Notes: generated by a model from the letters alone, not told the origin. A stretch of 64,000 nt of DNA from Octopus sinensis (GCF_006345805.1 NC_043002.1:70060001-70124000); one strand, 5' to 3'. Positions 38,134 to 52,666 are shown, counted from the first letter of the stretch. Translations and numbers: made by a program.

Positions 38134-38391
38134 TGATGTGCAGAATATAAATTTTCTGGAATACCTGGTTCTAAAGTCTTTCCAGATGAGTTATTTTTCT
38201 ATTTTTCCGAACGAGGGGTGATCACTTTGGTTAAGATTTTTAAAATCTAAGCATATATTAAATTAACTCAAATAATTAAATGAAATACCGGTACCCGCGC
38301 ATTTGTTTAAATTAGTGTTGATTATAAGCGGTCCGGGATGTCGGTGATGTACCTGTGCGTACGTATGTATGTGTGCCCGTACGTACGTTTC

Positions 38392-38422
<31 letters not shown>

Positions 38423-39105
38423 ATACATACATACATACACACAGACATGTATGATGTGTACATACATACATACATACATACATACATACACACATGTATG
38501 TATGTGTTTATGTGTATTCTGCTATTCTGCTCACAGTATCCACTCAGTCATTTTTGTCTCTTCTTCTTCTTCTCTTTTTCTTTTTCATATACGTTTCCTA
38601 CTGTTGATTGTTATTTTCCTCCTGTCAAAGCAACAATTTTTTTTTGATTTTCACTGAAGTTCAAATAGCAAGATGTTCAAAGCAAACATTTAAATCAATA
38701 AAGTATTCAGAAAATTCATTGTTTAACCTCGAAATATCAAAGAAGTTTTCCCCTTTCGCCGCTTTAATCTTCAACTTCTAATAAAACTGTGTATAGAGCT
38801 AACTAATCGATAGATATTGAGAGCAATCAGTTTGTTTGCCATGTTATTGGTATTGCTTAGTGGAGTCTTGCTGGGGTGAAAAACTAATTAAAACATGTAA
38901 GCAACAGATGTAACTGAAATGGAAAAAAAAAAAATTGTTATTGCAAAGGAATGAGAGAAAATAGTTATTATTGGATAGAGACTGGAAATGATCAAACTTC
39001 TATGATACAGTAGCGATTATTAACAATACCAACTGCTGCAGTTCCTCTGTAAACATTCATATTGACTACTGTACGATCAAAATAATGATGATAATAATAA
39101 TAATA

Positions 39106-39156
<51 letters not shown>

Positions 39157-40848
39157 TTATGATGATGATGATGATGATGAGGAGGATGATGATGATGATA
39201 ATAATAATAATAACAATAATAGTAACAACAACAACAACAACAACAACAACACACAAACATAGAAATAAGACAGAATTTCTGTCCTTTTCATTAATTCTGA
39301 CGACTTAATTTGTTTTAATAAAAACAATATAGTGTTTATGTATCTGTGGCCACAAAACATATATCAGGACAGAATATTGCTGTTGGCATATGTCTGGTAT
39401 TCGATAGCAGGAACTGGAAAAGTGATGAATGATCGAATCGATAGGGCATCGGTCTTTTACCGCACCGAGAACTTGGTGAAGTGAATTTCATCGATCTACA
39501 CCTTGGCGTAAGTTGGTACCATGGGAAGCTGAAGTTTCCCACAAGGAGCATAATACAGCTATCTAGTGATGCATTAGCTTGTAGTGTCGGAGAAGCACTT
39601 TAGTACACGTTGCCTTGAATTGTTTCTCTCAGATGGTGGCAGATCGCTATATTAATTGGTATAAAGAAGAGGGAAGTGAAGAATTAGTAGTTAAAAGGTG
39701 AATGGTGACGATTACGACTGAGAAAGGATATACATAAGAATGGATTGTTTTAGGTAATATAGGATTTAAAGAAAGACGAGAAAAAATAGCTGGTGATTTA
39801 CGTGCAATCTAGAAGTAATTAAATGACGTAAAGAAAGTTGGTTTTAAACAAAAATAGATATGATATTTAGGACGGTTTTTAAGAAGCTTACTGCTTCCTT
39901 GTTTACTATATTTGGTTGAGGGGCCCAAAACAGGGACAAAATCACATGATCTGGCTGTTCCGGCGGTCGTAGCAGATGGTTCTCGTCTGTCAATGATACA
40001 AATATGAGAGTTTACATGCACCTCGAGTCCATATGAAAGGTCCTCTCAAGGTAAATAATACAGTATTTTGTGTTCTAATAACATCCAAGTGAAGTTCTAG
40101 ATAAAAATTACATTTTATTAATTAATCGATAGCGAGTGCTACAGACACAAAAGTAAGCTGCAGACGAGTCAAAATCGTGACGCAGTTTCACATCCTATTT
40201 GAAGCCACTTATGTTTTAACATTCAGGTAATATTCCTTTGATGCTGGTAGTTTTTCTCTAACTTGTCACGAATTTAATTTAATTTACTGTGGAGAGCACC
40301 ATACCACAGGGAAAATATCTGAAGAAACAAACAAGTGAACTTCAAGTTCCGTTAGATTTTAGTTCACATCACTTGACTTATACCTTATGAGAACTGTAAG
40401 AGTGAAGCACAGTTAATTACACAATAACATTATCGCTTTGAGCCGAAATAGGAAATTGATTTATATTTAATCAACAAGAACATTAACTTTTCTCAAGAAC
40501 GTTTATTCCTGTGGAGATGTCCCGTGGTTATGTTTACTATTTGCTTTAATAAAATAACAGTTTCAGTGATTCAACTAACAATTTGCTTTTGATTGCCAGG
40601 ACAATTTATCTCCATTTATTTTAATTATTAACTTGACAGAGATATGAACGTCGCAATTTCCTTCTCGATTCTAACATCCACAATTCTTTTCTAATTCAAA
40701 TGGAAAATTTCTGAAGAAATTATACGCCAAAGCCGTAAATAGTCATTTATGTCTTTTACTAACCCAACTGTCTTTTATGGAGCCAAATATAGATACAAAA
40801 GTCGAAAGCAAGAAATGCGTACTATGTGTTGTTAATAGAAATTACTTA

Positions 40849-41386
40849 TTGGGTTGTCCGGAAAGTTCGTGCCGATTTATAGTAGCTTACCTTTCAACTT
40901 ATTTTAGAACATGGTTGAGTCCATAAAATAGGATTTGACTACACCTCCATTTAAAGCACAGTTTAAGCTATCTTTTCGTGGAAGAAGGTTTATGTTCCTA
41001 TAATCTGTGTTAATTCTGTAACCCTTTAAAATGGAAGATAAGAAAGTTCATTTTCGGCACTTGATGCTTTGGGAACCAGACAAAAATTGCTGCAGCTCGG
41101 CTGGTATGTGTTACCCCACCCTCCATATTCACTAGATATTGCTCCTTCGGATTTCCTCTTATTCAGGTCTCTGCAGAATAGTCTTAATGGTAAAAATTCC
41201 TTGATGAATTCTTTGCAATGAAACAACCTCAGTTCTGGGAAGAGGGTATTTTCAAGTTAAAGGAAAGATGGAGACGTATTGTGCAACAAAATGGTTCATA
41301 TTTGGTTGATTAAAAATGTAATGGCAAGTATTTATTGACCTTTTTCTTTTCTTTAAAAATCAGTACGAACTTTCCGGACAACCCAA
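40849..41386 (+). mobile_element. Mariner transposon, internal-deletion derivative
   Basis: 30-bp TIRs ttgggttgtccggaaagttcgt(gc/ac)(c/t)gattt, TA on both sides; MEDKKVHFRHLMLWE fused to RQKLLQLGWYVLPHPPYSLDIAPSDFLLFRSLQNSLNG. Confidence 0.93.
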
Positions 41387-42399
41387 TAACATTTTTAGCT
41401 AAGCTTAAACTATTCATTATGGTTGTAAATACCATAACTCTACTGAGATTGAACTCAGCTATGTAAACTAGGAAAACACTCGCAAATTTAACAGTGCTGC
41501 TGCTGTTGTTATATGTGATTGGTCAGGGACGCAACGGAAAAGTAGTGACAGTATACAAAACACTGCCATATCGGATAGCTGTCTAATACTTCATAATTAC
41601 AGTCATTCACGTATTTCATTGACAATGTACTTCAAACGAAACCTCTTTCTATTGCTGAATTGGAAATGTTAGCGTCATATTTGTCTACTATTTAATCCTT
41701 TATGTCAGTGCACACAGAATATGAGCTCATAGTTGAATTAATGCTAAAATATTTCCAGCAACGAAAAGCTTACTAGAAACAATTATACGGAGAGACAAAA
41801 TCAATATAAGCCAATAACAAATATATTTTAATCATTTCGTGTGAGAGACAACTCCGGACATATTTCAACCGCATTAAGATCTCGTCAACAAAGCATAGAC
41901 TTCTATTGAAGTAGAGATGAGAGAATTTACTAAGTATATGTATGCTGGTTAGCGCAGTTAAACAGATTTATCTGGAGAATACATAACTTAGAGATTAGAA
42001 ATTAAAAAGATTATACATCAGCTTTATAAACTACCAAGCTACTTATCCATTGTGATTTATTGTAATTCAGTGTTTTGATTAGTGAGTCATCATGTTACCG
42101 GACAGAGTGTTAGATAAGTGAAGCAGATGAGATTCAATGAATACTGTGTACTACATTTAATCATATCAATACCATTTATAAGAGCTGGAAATTGTACTGG
42201 TCCATATATACGAATGTTTCTCTTATAATAAGACTCCAAGCTAATGAAATAATAAAATATTAGTCAAAGTTATAATGCTCCTACTGCTTATAATAATTAC
42301 GTGTATTTCCTCAAATAATCTTTATATACAACTAGGCAACTTTGGTCGTAGATAGTTAAGTCTGCAGTACGAGCCACATAGCTTTTCTGTTCACACGTA

Positions 42400-42600
42400 A
42401 TACCACTCAAGTGGTACGGTGCTACAGTTTCACTCACAGATATCGTACACCACACCAATGTTCTGCTTACTGAGAAAGTTTTTCCCCGAACAAGCTTAGT
42501 GAAATATCTCTCAGATACACTGTTTACTTCATTTGTTCCTTCTACAATAGCTTCCTCTCTTCTAACATATTTACATATATAACCTCTTCACCCACTTTCA
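42400..42600 (+). pseudogene. Possible ancient CR1/Jockey-type LINE 3' remnant
   Basis: TNVLLTEKVFPRTSLVKYLSDTLF resembles SFFPRT..LWNSLP. Confidence 0.3.
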
Positions 42601-43562
42601 CACGACTCGTTTACTCCTCTCTACGTCAAGCTATTTCTTTTGAAAAGAAGCACTTTTAGCGAACGCTTTCTCATAAATGTCCAAAGCTGTACATCCCACC
42701 ACTACGATTACTGTTGAAATTTAATCACTATATTAGTTATTGATTGCATTCAGTTTTAGATTTCATTTAGGGGTTTGAGAGATGAATACATACATTTGTA
42801 ATAATCTGTCATACCACCTGATTTTATGATTATTCTTTACTCCTCGTGGAAATATTACTTGTACGTTCTAGAATTTTGGTTACATGGACAAATTAAACGA
42901 CATCGTAATTTAATTACAATGTGGTCTGATAACCAATCCCTTGCAGGAGTACTTATGGCAAGTCCTCCTTGATTCTCTAAATTCAATTCTCCAATTTATA
43001 TGTTAGCGTCTTATAAAGCTAGGTTTATAAATCCTAAAATTGCAGAACAATTCATTACTAGGCAGTTTAGCTTAAAGGTAAAGCACTTGACGCGTATTCA
43101 CAATGGTTTTACAATATATAGATAGTTTATCCTGTTCATGCTATTGTATTAGCATTATCAAGCGTTTGAGAAGAAATTATTTCTGTATTTTTCAATACAT
43201 TTCAACGCTTCTAAAGGAAACTTTGTTTACATTCATCGTAAGTTGAATTACTCAAATGATCTTTTTCTGAGCACTAATGGAGAAATTATGCACCAAATTC
43301 TGATATGTATGCTCATATGAGTTATTTTTTCTCTACTATGCTAGTGGGACCCTTGGAAATTCCATCGAACGGAAAAGATTAAGAGAAGCTATTTAAGAAA
43401 GAAAGGATGACTTTTATTTATGTTTTGCAAAGTTATTTCACTTCCAGTCGCAATAACTTATTATATGATTTTAAAATTTCCTTCTACTAAGAACTTTATA
43501 TTTCTCTCTTTCTCTCTATCTCTCCAAACAAACATTTTAACCATGTAATTCCCCTTTTAATC

Positions 43563-43780
43563 CTTTATTCTTTAACTTGTTTCTCTCATTTGATTGCGGC
43601 CATGCTGGAGCACCGCCTCTATTTGAACAAATCAGCCCCAGGACTTATTCTTTCTAAGCCTAGTACTTACTCTAGCGGGCTCTTTTGCCGAACCGTTAAG
43701 TTACGAGGACGTAAACATACCAACATCGGTGCCAAGCGATGGTGGGAGGACAAACACAGACACACAAACACTCACACACA
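43563..43780 (-). mobile_element. SINE family B, 3' module
   Basis: tgcggccatgctggagcaccgc...gccgaaccgttaagttacgaggacgtaaac. Confidence 0.75.
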
Positions 43781-43814
43781 TATGAATACATATGCATATA
43801 TACGTATACATATG

Positions 43815-43859
<45 letters not shown>

Positions 43860-43975
43860 TATTTTTATATAAGCTTAAAGCTTATGGCGATCACTGTGCA
43901 ATGACTAAAGAAAATAGTTTAATATAGGGGCATATGAGCACATACATACATACATACATACATACATACATACAT

Positions 43976-44006
<31 letters not shown>

Positions 44007-44029
44007 ATATATAATATATATATATATAT

Positions 44030-44061
<32 letters not shown>

Positions 44062-45103
44062 ATATAAGAAATACGTTTGTAATTATGAACAAGTCACAAT
44101 TGTACTAAGAGGGTTAATAAACCTTTACATGTGAAAAATAGCAGCCCAAACAGTTATAAAGCCATTATATCACTCATATTATTTCTCCTGATAAAAACGT
44201 CTTCGGGCGACATGGCAAATAGAATCCACAACTTGAAAATAATTGGTTAATTCCCTATTACAATTTCGGTGTTAGGGACCTCTTAAGGGACCCTTTCGTC
44301 TCGTCAGGGGAAATATTCCTATAGATAGAAATCAAAACAAGACTTTACCTTGGGGCTAGTATGAATCCCGAACGGCAGTAGAAATGTTTTCACCTCTATC
44401 TACACAATCATGTTTTGAATTCGAATGCCAGGCACAGCGTTTATGCGAAAAAAAAACTCAGTAATTTCGAGCCACGGCAAAATCAATAGATATGATTTAG
44501 GAAAATTTAAATAAGTAGAGAGTAATGTAAAAACATTATGAAGGATATATTATAAATAATTATGATTATTTATGAATATATCAATGACCTAACATGTTAT
44601 CATAAAATATATTAAAAACCCTTACATATTAAAAATAGTAGCCCAAAACGCTATAAGGCCATTATATCACTCGTATTATTTCTCCTCACGATAAAAAACT
44701 GTCTTCGAGCGACATGGCAAATAGAATCCACATTTTGAAATGATTTAACTAATGCTAATAAAGAGACTACCTATTATAATAAGGATATTTCATTCCGTTC
44801 TATAAAAAGAACATACCATAGTTGCAGATTCTCCCACAGGGTATCTGTATTAAATTGCTAAAATATTCCAAAAACAGACAAAAGAAGAAAAAAAAAACAT
44901 ATATTAAGTATTAGTTGTAACTAATAGTCTCTTCTTTGCTCCAATATTATCATTTATATGGTTTTACTTTACAGAATCTTAATGGGTGTCGATGATATCG
45001 TCTAGGTAATCTTCACTCGAACAATTTCGGAGCATTTTGACATTTTCTGCTGGCATGACCATTTATTTTTGAATTAAACTAAGCAGTAATTCTTAACCAG
45101 CAT

Positions 45104-45145
<42 letters not shown>

Positions 45146-45184
45146 TTATATATATATATAATATATAATATATATATATATATA

Positions 45185-45247
<63 letters not shown>

Positions 45248-45309
45248 TATATAAATATAATATATGCATATATACATACATATATGTACATACCTCATAT
45301 ATATGTATA

Positions 45310-45600
45310 TATGCATGCATATATGGGTAGAGGACATAAAAAAAAACGTTGAACACAATGAGAAACGAAAACATAAAAACAAAAACATAGAAAACGAACT
45401 ATTTTTCGAACAACGAAAAAAACAGAGAAACGATTCATGCAACAAAAAATATTCCCCTTCATCAGTTGTCCTTGTTCCATCTACTCCGCGTTTGAAGGCA
45501 AGGACTATACACGACTGTTCCTTCTTCCCTTCCTTCCTGAGCGTCCAATAATATTTGTTCCACGTCCTCGCGTTGTTGTGTTTTCATATTTGGATTAACT
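45310..45600 (-). mobile_element. Penelope-type tail element (same family as 22022-22260)
   Basis: Reverse complement shares gtagatggaac...ctgatgaaggggaat...atgttttcgtttctcattgtgttc. Confidence 0.55.
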
Positions 45601-45881
45601 ATATATATATATATATATATACAGGGTGGGTAGAAAGTAACTAGGCATTAACAATTGCTTATAGAATTTTTCGTATCACTGAAGTCATGACGAAAACGTT
45701 TTAAAGACAACACTAATGAGGATTTTAAAATTTTCTTATTGTCATATTTCTTATTTTTTATTTTCCATATGGCCGGTTGCTAGACTGTTCAGGAGCAAGC
45801 TAAGATAGCAGTACGTTATGAAGTGAGGAATTCCTGTGTTTTAGTTCAGAGATGATGGCGTGCATGGAAAGGTAAGCATGC

Positions 45882-46272
45882 AGGCGCAGGAGTGGCTGTG
45901 TGGTAAGTAGCTTGTTTACCAACCACATGGTTCCGGGTTCAGTCCCACTGCGTGGAACCTTGTGCAAGTATCTTCTACCAAAGCCTTGTGAGTGGATTTG
46001 GTAGACGGAAACTGAAAGAAGCCCGTCGTATATATGTATATATATATATGCGTGTGTGTGTTTGTGTATCTGTGTTTGTCCCCCCAGCATTGCTTGACAA
46101 CCGATGCTGGTGTGTTTATGTCCCCGTTACTTAGCGGTTCGGCAAAAGAGACCGATAGAATAAGTACTGGGCTTACAAAAGAATAAGTGCCGGGGTCGAG
46201 TTGCTCGATTAAAGGCAGTGCTCCAGTATGGCCGCAGTCAAATGACTGAAACAAGTAAAAGAGTAAAAGAGA
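45882..46272 (+). mobile_element. SINE family B
   Basis: Full head, internal microsatellite, tail gtaaaagagtaaaagag. Confidence 0.88.
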
Positions 46273-46287
46273 GAGTATGCAACACAA

Positions 46288-46720
46288 CGTCCGGAGACAA
46301 TAAAATGTTGTCATGCAAAGCTGATGACCACGGGATCTGCAAACGATGCAAAGAAGAAGTGGTCGTCCAACCACATCCCGATCAGCGGAGAACGTGGCAA
46401 CAATGCAGCATATGTTTAATTGCAGCCCGCAAAAACCAACACATCAAGCAGCTTGTGAAACTGGGCCAACAAGACACACAATTCGTACGGTGTTGCATAA
46501 AAAACTGAATTTTCGGCCGTGGAAACCCCATTACGTGCAGAAGCTAAAATTTGATGGGACGATGTGAACCTCATGACTGACCTGCAAGAAGTCCAGATCT
46601 CATTCTATGTGATTTTTACCTGTGGGATTACACAAAAAAGGTGTACAAGACAAATCTTCGCATACTGGAGGACTTGGAGACAGATTCAAGAAGTTCACAA
46701 TGATACGTCTGTCGTATAAA
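46288..46720 (+). pseudogene. Tc1/mariner-superfamily transposase remnant, internally deleted
   Basis: RSGRPTTSRSAENVATMQHMFNCSPQK...TIRTVLHKKLNFRPWKPHYVQKL, then PARSPDLILCDFYLWDY. Confidence 0.8.
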
Positions 46721-46748
46721 TACATTCTTTATATATACATAGACATAT

Positions 46749-47357
46749 AAGGCAGCGAGCTGACTGAAACGTTAGCACGCCGGGCGAGATGCTTAGCGGT
46801 ATTTCGTCTGCCGTTACGTTCTGAGTTCAAATTCCGCCGAGGTCGACTTTGCCTTCGGGATCGATAAATTAAGTACCAGTTAGCACCAGGGTCGATATAA
46901 TCGACTTAATCCCTTTCTCTGTCCTTGTTTGCCCCATCTATGTTTAGCCTCTTGTGGGCAATAAAGAAATAAGAAACGTTAGCACGCCGGGCGGAATGCT
47001 TAGCGGTATTTCGTCTGTCTTTATGTTCTGAGTTCAAATTCCGCCGAGGTCGACTTTGCCTTTCATCCTTTCGAGATTGATTAAATAAGTACCAGTTACG
47101 CACTGGGGTAGATATAATCGACTTAATACGTTTGTTTGTCCTTGTTTGTCCTCTCTATGTTTAGCCCCTTGTAGGTAGTAAAGAAATAGGTATTTCGTCT
47201 GTCGCTATGTTCTGAGTTCAAATTCCGCCGAGGTCGATTTTGCTCTTCAACTTTTCGGGGTCGATAAAATAAGTACCTTTAAAGAGCGGGAATCAATGTA
47301 ATCGACTCGTCTCCTCCCCGCAAATTTCAGGCCCTTGCCTATAGTAGAAAAAATATT
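46749..47357 (+). mobile_element. SINE family A, head-to-tail trimer
   Basis: Core gttctgagttcaaattccgccgaggtcga occurs three times. Confidence 0.88.
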
Positions 47358-47417
47358 ATGTGTAGACATAAATACATACAGATACTCTAATCTTTCTCTC
47401 TATGTTTTGTGTGTGTG

Positions 47418-47505
<88 letters not shown>

Positions 47506-47816
47506 GTGAAGCCATATAGACAAACATGGAGATATTTTTTGCCTATACATATACGCGTATTCATACGTACAACCTCTTTATCCATTTTCACTTCTCTTCT
47601 TTTGTCATTCTCACTAACTTCTTCCACTTTTTCTTTTTTTACTCCGTGTATCTTTATATTTATCGTTATTTCTCTCATTCTCATTATACCTCCAAGTAGT
47701 TCTGCCATTCTCAAAATACCAATATACAAGGAGCTTAAAATATCAGGAATAACTGGCGTTCGTTATATGCTGAGATATTAAACGAATTTGTTTCTTACCC
47801 ACATACTAAAACTCCC

Positions 47817-47887
<71 letters not shown>

Positions 47888-48135
47888 CACATACACACTA
47901 TCTCTCACACATACGTACGTATTTAAATGCTATACCTAAGCGAAATACTAAAATATATGCACACACACATACACATACGCACACACGTATATATGTGTAT
48001 GTGTAAGCGTATATTAACGTATATATATTTATGTATATGTATATATGCGTGTGGTGTGTATGAGTATATGTGTGTGTGAGTGTGTGTGTGTGTGTCTGTA
48101 TGTGGATGGGTGAATGTAGACGCAAACACACACAC

Positions 48136-48174
<39 letters not shown>

Positions 48175-48198
48175 AGCGTATATTAATGTAAATATATC

Positions 48199-48230
<32 letters not shown>

Positions 48231-48242
<12 letters not shown>

Positions 48243-49971
48243 GTGTGTGTGAGTGTATGTGTGTGTGTGAGAGTGTGTGTGTGTGTGGAGAGTGTGTGTG
48301 TGTCAATGTGTGCGTGAATATGTGTGTCTGTATGTGGATGGGTGAATGTAAATGCGAACACACACACACGCACGCACATATGTACGCACACAACTATTCT
48401 CGCTTCAAAATAAGTAATTCTCTGGACATTTGGCTTAGAATAACTGCAGGTTACCAGCTTATCAATCTTTGGCATTCGTCCTGTTGGTAAGTTAGGAGGA
48501 CGTTGTCCATCAATTATCAACTGGTTTTTGCATTAATGTCTGTCTCTTGTCAACGCGAAAGTCTTCACATCAAAGAACTAAAAGACATTGGTATTGACCG
48601 CATGCCAGACGCCAAGAAACGCTCGAGTAAGCAAATATTGCACGCTCTGCTACGCCCAACTATTCCACGTCGCTAAATATAAAAGCCTTTTTGATGTAAA
48701 GCCAACTGTTTTACGGCTTTTTCACTCACAAGTCATTATTTGTTGTTTTAGTTTTTCATTCTTGTCATCAATGTTTTCAGTATAGCTGTTATTGCTGTTG
48801 TTATTATTTTTATTATTGTAGTTGTTGTGCAGCTAACCCTTCTTTCCACGGTTCTTCTCTTATTGTTCATGTCGTTGGCGGTGTCATTTTTGCTGAGACA
48901 GCCAAATCGAAATAAGAACATTAAATCAAAGATTACAGCTATTTATATAACTCTTTAGCGACATCCACTACAATGCCTGTCTAATTCACACACATAGGAA
49001 CTTACGTAATTATACATGCATATATGCACACCTACATACTTAGAGACATTTATGCACAAATCTATATGCATATATAAGTATGTATGCGATATTATATATA
49101 TATATATATATGTGTGTGTGTGGTGTGTGTGAGTGTATGTGTGTGTGTGAGAGTGTGTGTGTGTGTGTGAGAGTGTGTGTGTGTCAATGTGTGCGTGAAT
49201 ATGTGTGTCTGTATGTGGATGGGTGAATGTAAATGCGAACACACACACACGCACGCACATATGTACGCACACAACTATTCTCGCTTCAAAATAAGTAATT
49301 CTCTGGACATTTGGCTTAGAATAACTGCAGGTTACCAGCTTATCATCTTTGGCATTCGTCCTGTTGGTAAGTTAGGAGGACGTTGTCCATCAATTATCAA
49401 CTGGTTTTTGCATTAATGTCTGTCTCTTGTCAACGCGAAAGTCTTCACATCAAAGAACTAAAAGACATTGGTATTGACCGCATGCCAGACGCCAAGAAAC
49501 GCTCGAGTAAGCAAATATTGCACGCTCTGCTACGCCCAACTATTCCACGTCGCTAAATATAAAAGCCTTTTTGATGTAAAGCCAAACTGTTTTACGGCTT
49601 TTTCACTCACAAGTCATTATTTGTTGTTTTAGTTTTTCATTCTTGTCATCAATGTTTTCAGTATAGCTGTTATTGCTGTTGTTATTATTTTTATTATTGT
49701 AGTTGTTGTGCAGCTAACCCTTCTTTCCACGGTTCTTCTCTTATTGTTCATGTCGTTGGCGGTGTCATTTTTGCTGAGACAGCCAAATCGAAATAAGAAC
49801 ATTAAATCAAAGATTACAGCTATTTATATAACTCTTTAGCGACATCCACTACAATGCCTGTCTAATTCACACACATAGGAACTTACGTAATTATACATGC
49901 ATATATGCACACCTACATACTTAGAGACATTTATGCACAAATCTATATGCATATATAAGTATGTATGCGAT
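48231..49971. repeat. Near-perfect tandem duplication, 880-bp period
   Basis: 48231-49090 versus 49111-49971; differences seen are single-base indels and microsatellite length. Confidence 0.92.
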
Positions 49972-52049
49972 ATATATATATATATATAATTGTATAACCG
50001 TAATTGTGATTACGTGGGCGGTAAAACTTGAACGAAGTGAAACCTGAACAAAGTAAAACTTGAACAAAGTAAACTACTACCTATTACTTTACACAGAGCA
50101 GAGGCTTAATATTTAGGGCAATGTAGATCCGCACTTGGGTTTGCGATAGCGTATATGCGAACAGCATTACTCAGAGTTTCAAGTCCCTGTACTTGGACAT
50201 TCCGCAGAAGGGACTGGTTTCTAGAACGGATGTCTCTTTCGGTCAGATGTTATAAGTATATTTTGATGTATTTTTTTGCTTCCGGTTTGTCTTGTGTACG
50301 ACGTGTTGGTTTACGGACTTTTGTTTCATTGTGGAGTTTACATTTGTTTGATTTGGCCTGAAATTGTTTTGTAAAGGGTGCTTGAATGAATTTACTTTTG
50401 TGATGTTACACAGAAAATAGTTCTTATCATATATTTGAGGTGTCTGTTGTTTTGGGGAGTATAAAGTAATATTCGTCATAATAATGGTTGCAGAAATGTT
50501 TACGGTGAGTTGTATTTGTGGTTGAAATGCAATGCAGAGTGATTCAACTTGCATGAATTTTCCAAGGGGCATCACTTTATTCTAGTAGATGCAATTATTT
50601 CCTCTATGATGTAGGCAAATGTTTGCTTTGAGATTATAAAGTATCAGCTTCGATCGTAGCACATGATATCTTGGAAAAATGACTTATGCTATTGCTTCAA
50701 ATCAACCAAAGCCTTGAAAGTGAAGGTGGGTAGACGGAAACTGTGCGGAAACTCGTCGATAGGTTGTATCTGTATTTCAAAAGGTTGACAAAACTATTCC
50801 GATGGCTTCCTATAAAATCCTTGAAACTTGAGACGACATACTGTGATATCGATGATAACGATGTTGACATATGCATGCACACGCCAGGAAGCTATTATTG
50901 TAAAATATAGGCTCTGAACGGGTAAGGGCGATAATTATCCATTTCATTTCATGACGCAAAACTTTGAAAAGCAGGAGATCTGAGATTTGGGATGGATTAT
51001 CAATCTTTGATAAGCTTAAATCTATTTTTAACATTTTAGTCATAAGATCGTACAAAAGTGTTGGTCTAGCTATTTCTAACCACATGATAAAATAAGGAAA
51101 GACATAATTAGTATATTTAGATAATTAATAACATCACAAATACGGCTAGTTGTTAAATTGTTAGACGTTTCATTAAATCTCGAAACATGTAAATATTATC
51201 TACACATAAAACAAAGTGGAAAACTAAACTACATCTTCAGACAAAAAAACAAATATTCAACACTACTAAAAGAAACCTCAGAAAACATTATGACAAAACG
51301 CTAAAACAAATATTGTGATTGAAGGCGAAAAATGCCAATTGCGACATCATGTGGAAGATATTTGAGAAATGCATCTGGTTGAAGCTACCATGGGAGGATC
51401 GACATCAATAATCCTGCCCTCTCTACCTCTTATCAGGAGCCGGCCGACATGCATTCCTCCATTTCTTCATTCTGGTTTTCATTCCGCCTATCTTTTCCCA
51501 TTTCTTTTTCCTTTATCTTTTCTACCAGCTATTCTTAGATGTTCTCTCTCATTTCCCTTCGTGTCATTCTACCTCACTCTATCTCTAAACTTTCTCTTTT
51601 TTGCTTCTCTTCTATTTTCCATACTTAAATTCTACCTTTAACTTTCCTCTTGCCGGGAAAATCATTCTTCGGCTCTCAGTCACATAATAATTTCAAATAT
51701 GTCTTTAAAAAATTAAAATTCCGAATGACTTTGTACGCAGACTTTCCTTTTCAGACAAATTTACTGCATATCTGACGAGCGTAAGTGTACCGATCTTACA
51801 CAAAATTCGGAGTCATATGCATTCGTTTGTTGGTCCAATCGTCATTAATTTACACATACACACACACACACGTGCGCGTGCGCATACACGCACACAAAAA
51901 AGCAAACAAAAACATGTATATGTATATATACAGACATCTCAAAAGTCAATAGATTCAACTCATGGAATCGGTTTATTTATTTCGACACTAAATAGTGCTT
52001 CAAATTCGTTCCTGTATTTTTATTTTTCATCCCTGCTGCAAACACAAGA

Positions 52050-52430
52050 AGCAAAAGGCTTTCCTGATTTTCAAAGAGAACAAATTGGGACAGTCTGGAG
52101 GTGGACTTAACCATCGTAAGATTACACAAAATCTTGGGATTCTTCTTTCCACAGTCAAATAAGGAAAGTAAAAAAAAAAAAAAATTGGTATCTACAACAT
52201 ATTGCTGAGATCGACCTGGGCCCTGTGACTAGCAGTTTCGGGCTCTCAAGCGAATTGTTGAAAATAATCCCCGTTGTAAGGCAGATAAGCCGCAGAGCAA
52301 CGCCAAGAGAGTCAGAGTACTTCTGCGAGGTTATCTCCATCGACTTGGCTATTTATGGCAGGGTGGCTAAAAAGAAATTTCTTCTTTGAGCAGCAAATAT
52401 CCAAAAAAGAAATCTTTGAAAATGATGGCG
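52050..52430 (+). pseudogene. Tc1-like transposase N-terminal remnant
   Basis: PDFQREQIG / GLNHRKITQNLGILLSTVK / RALKRIVENNPR / YLHRLG..GRVAKKKFLL. Confidence 0.65.
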
Positions 52431-52591
52431 TCTGCTTACTTTTGAGATGATGTTTCTGTATGTGTGTGTGTGTTAAACATTCATACATACATATATATAC
52501 ATATGTGTATATATATATATACATATACATATATACACATATATAAAGATATCCATATATATATATATATATAATATATATATATATTATA

Positions 52592-52666
<75 letters not shown>

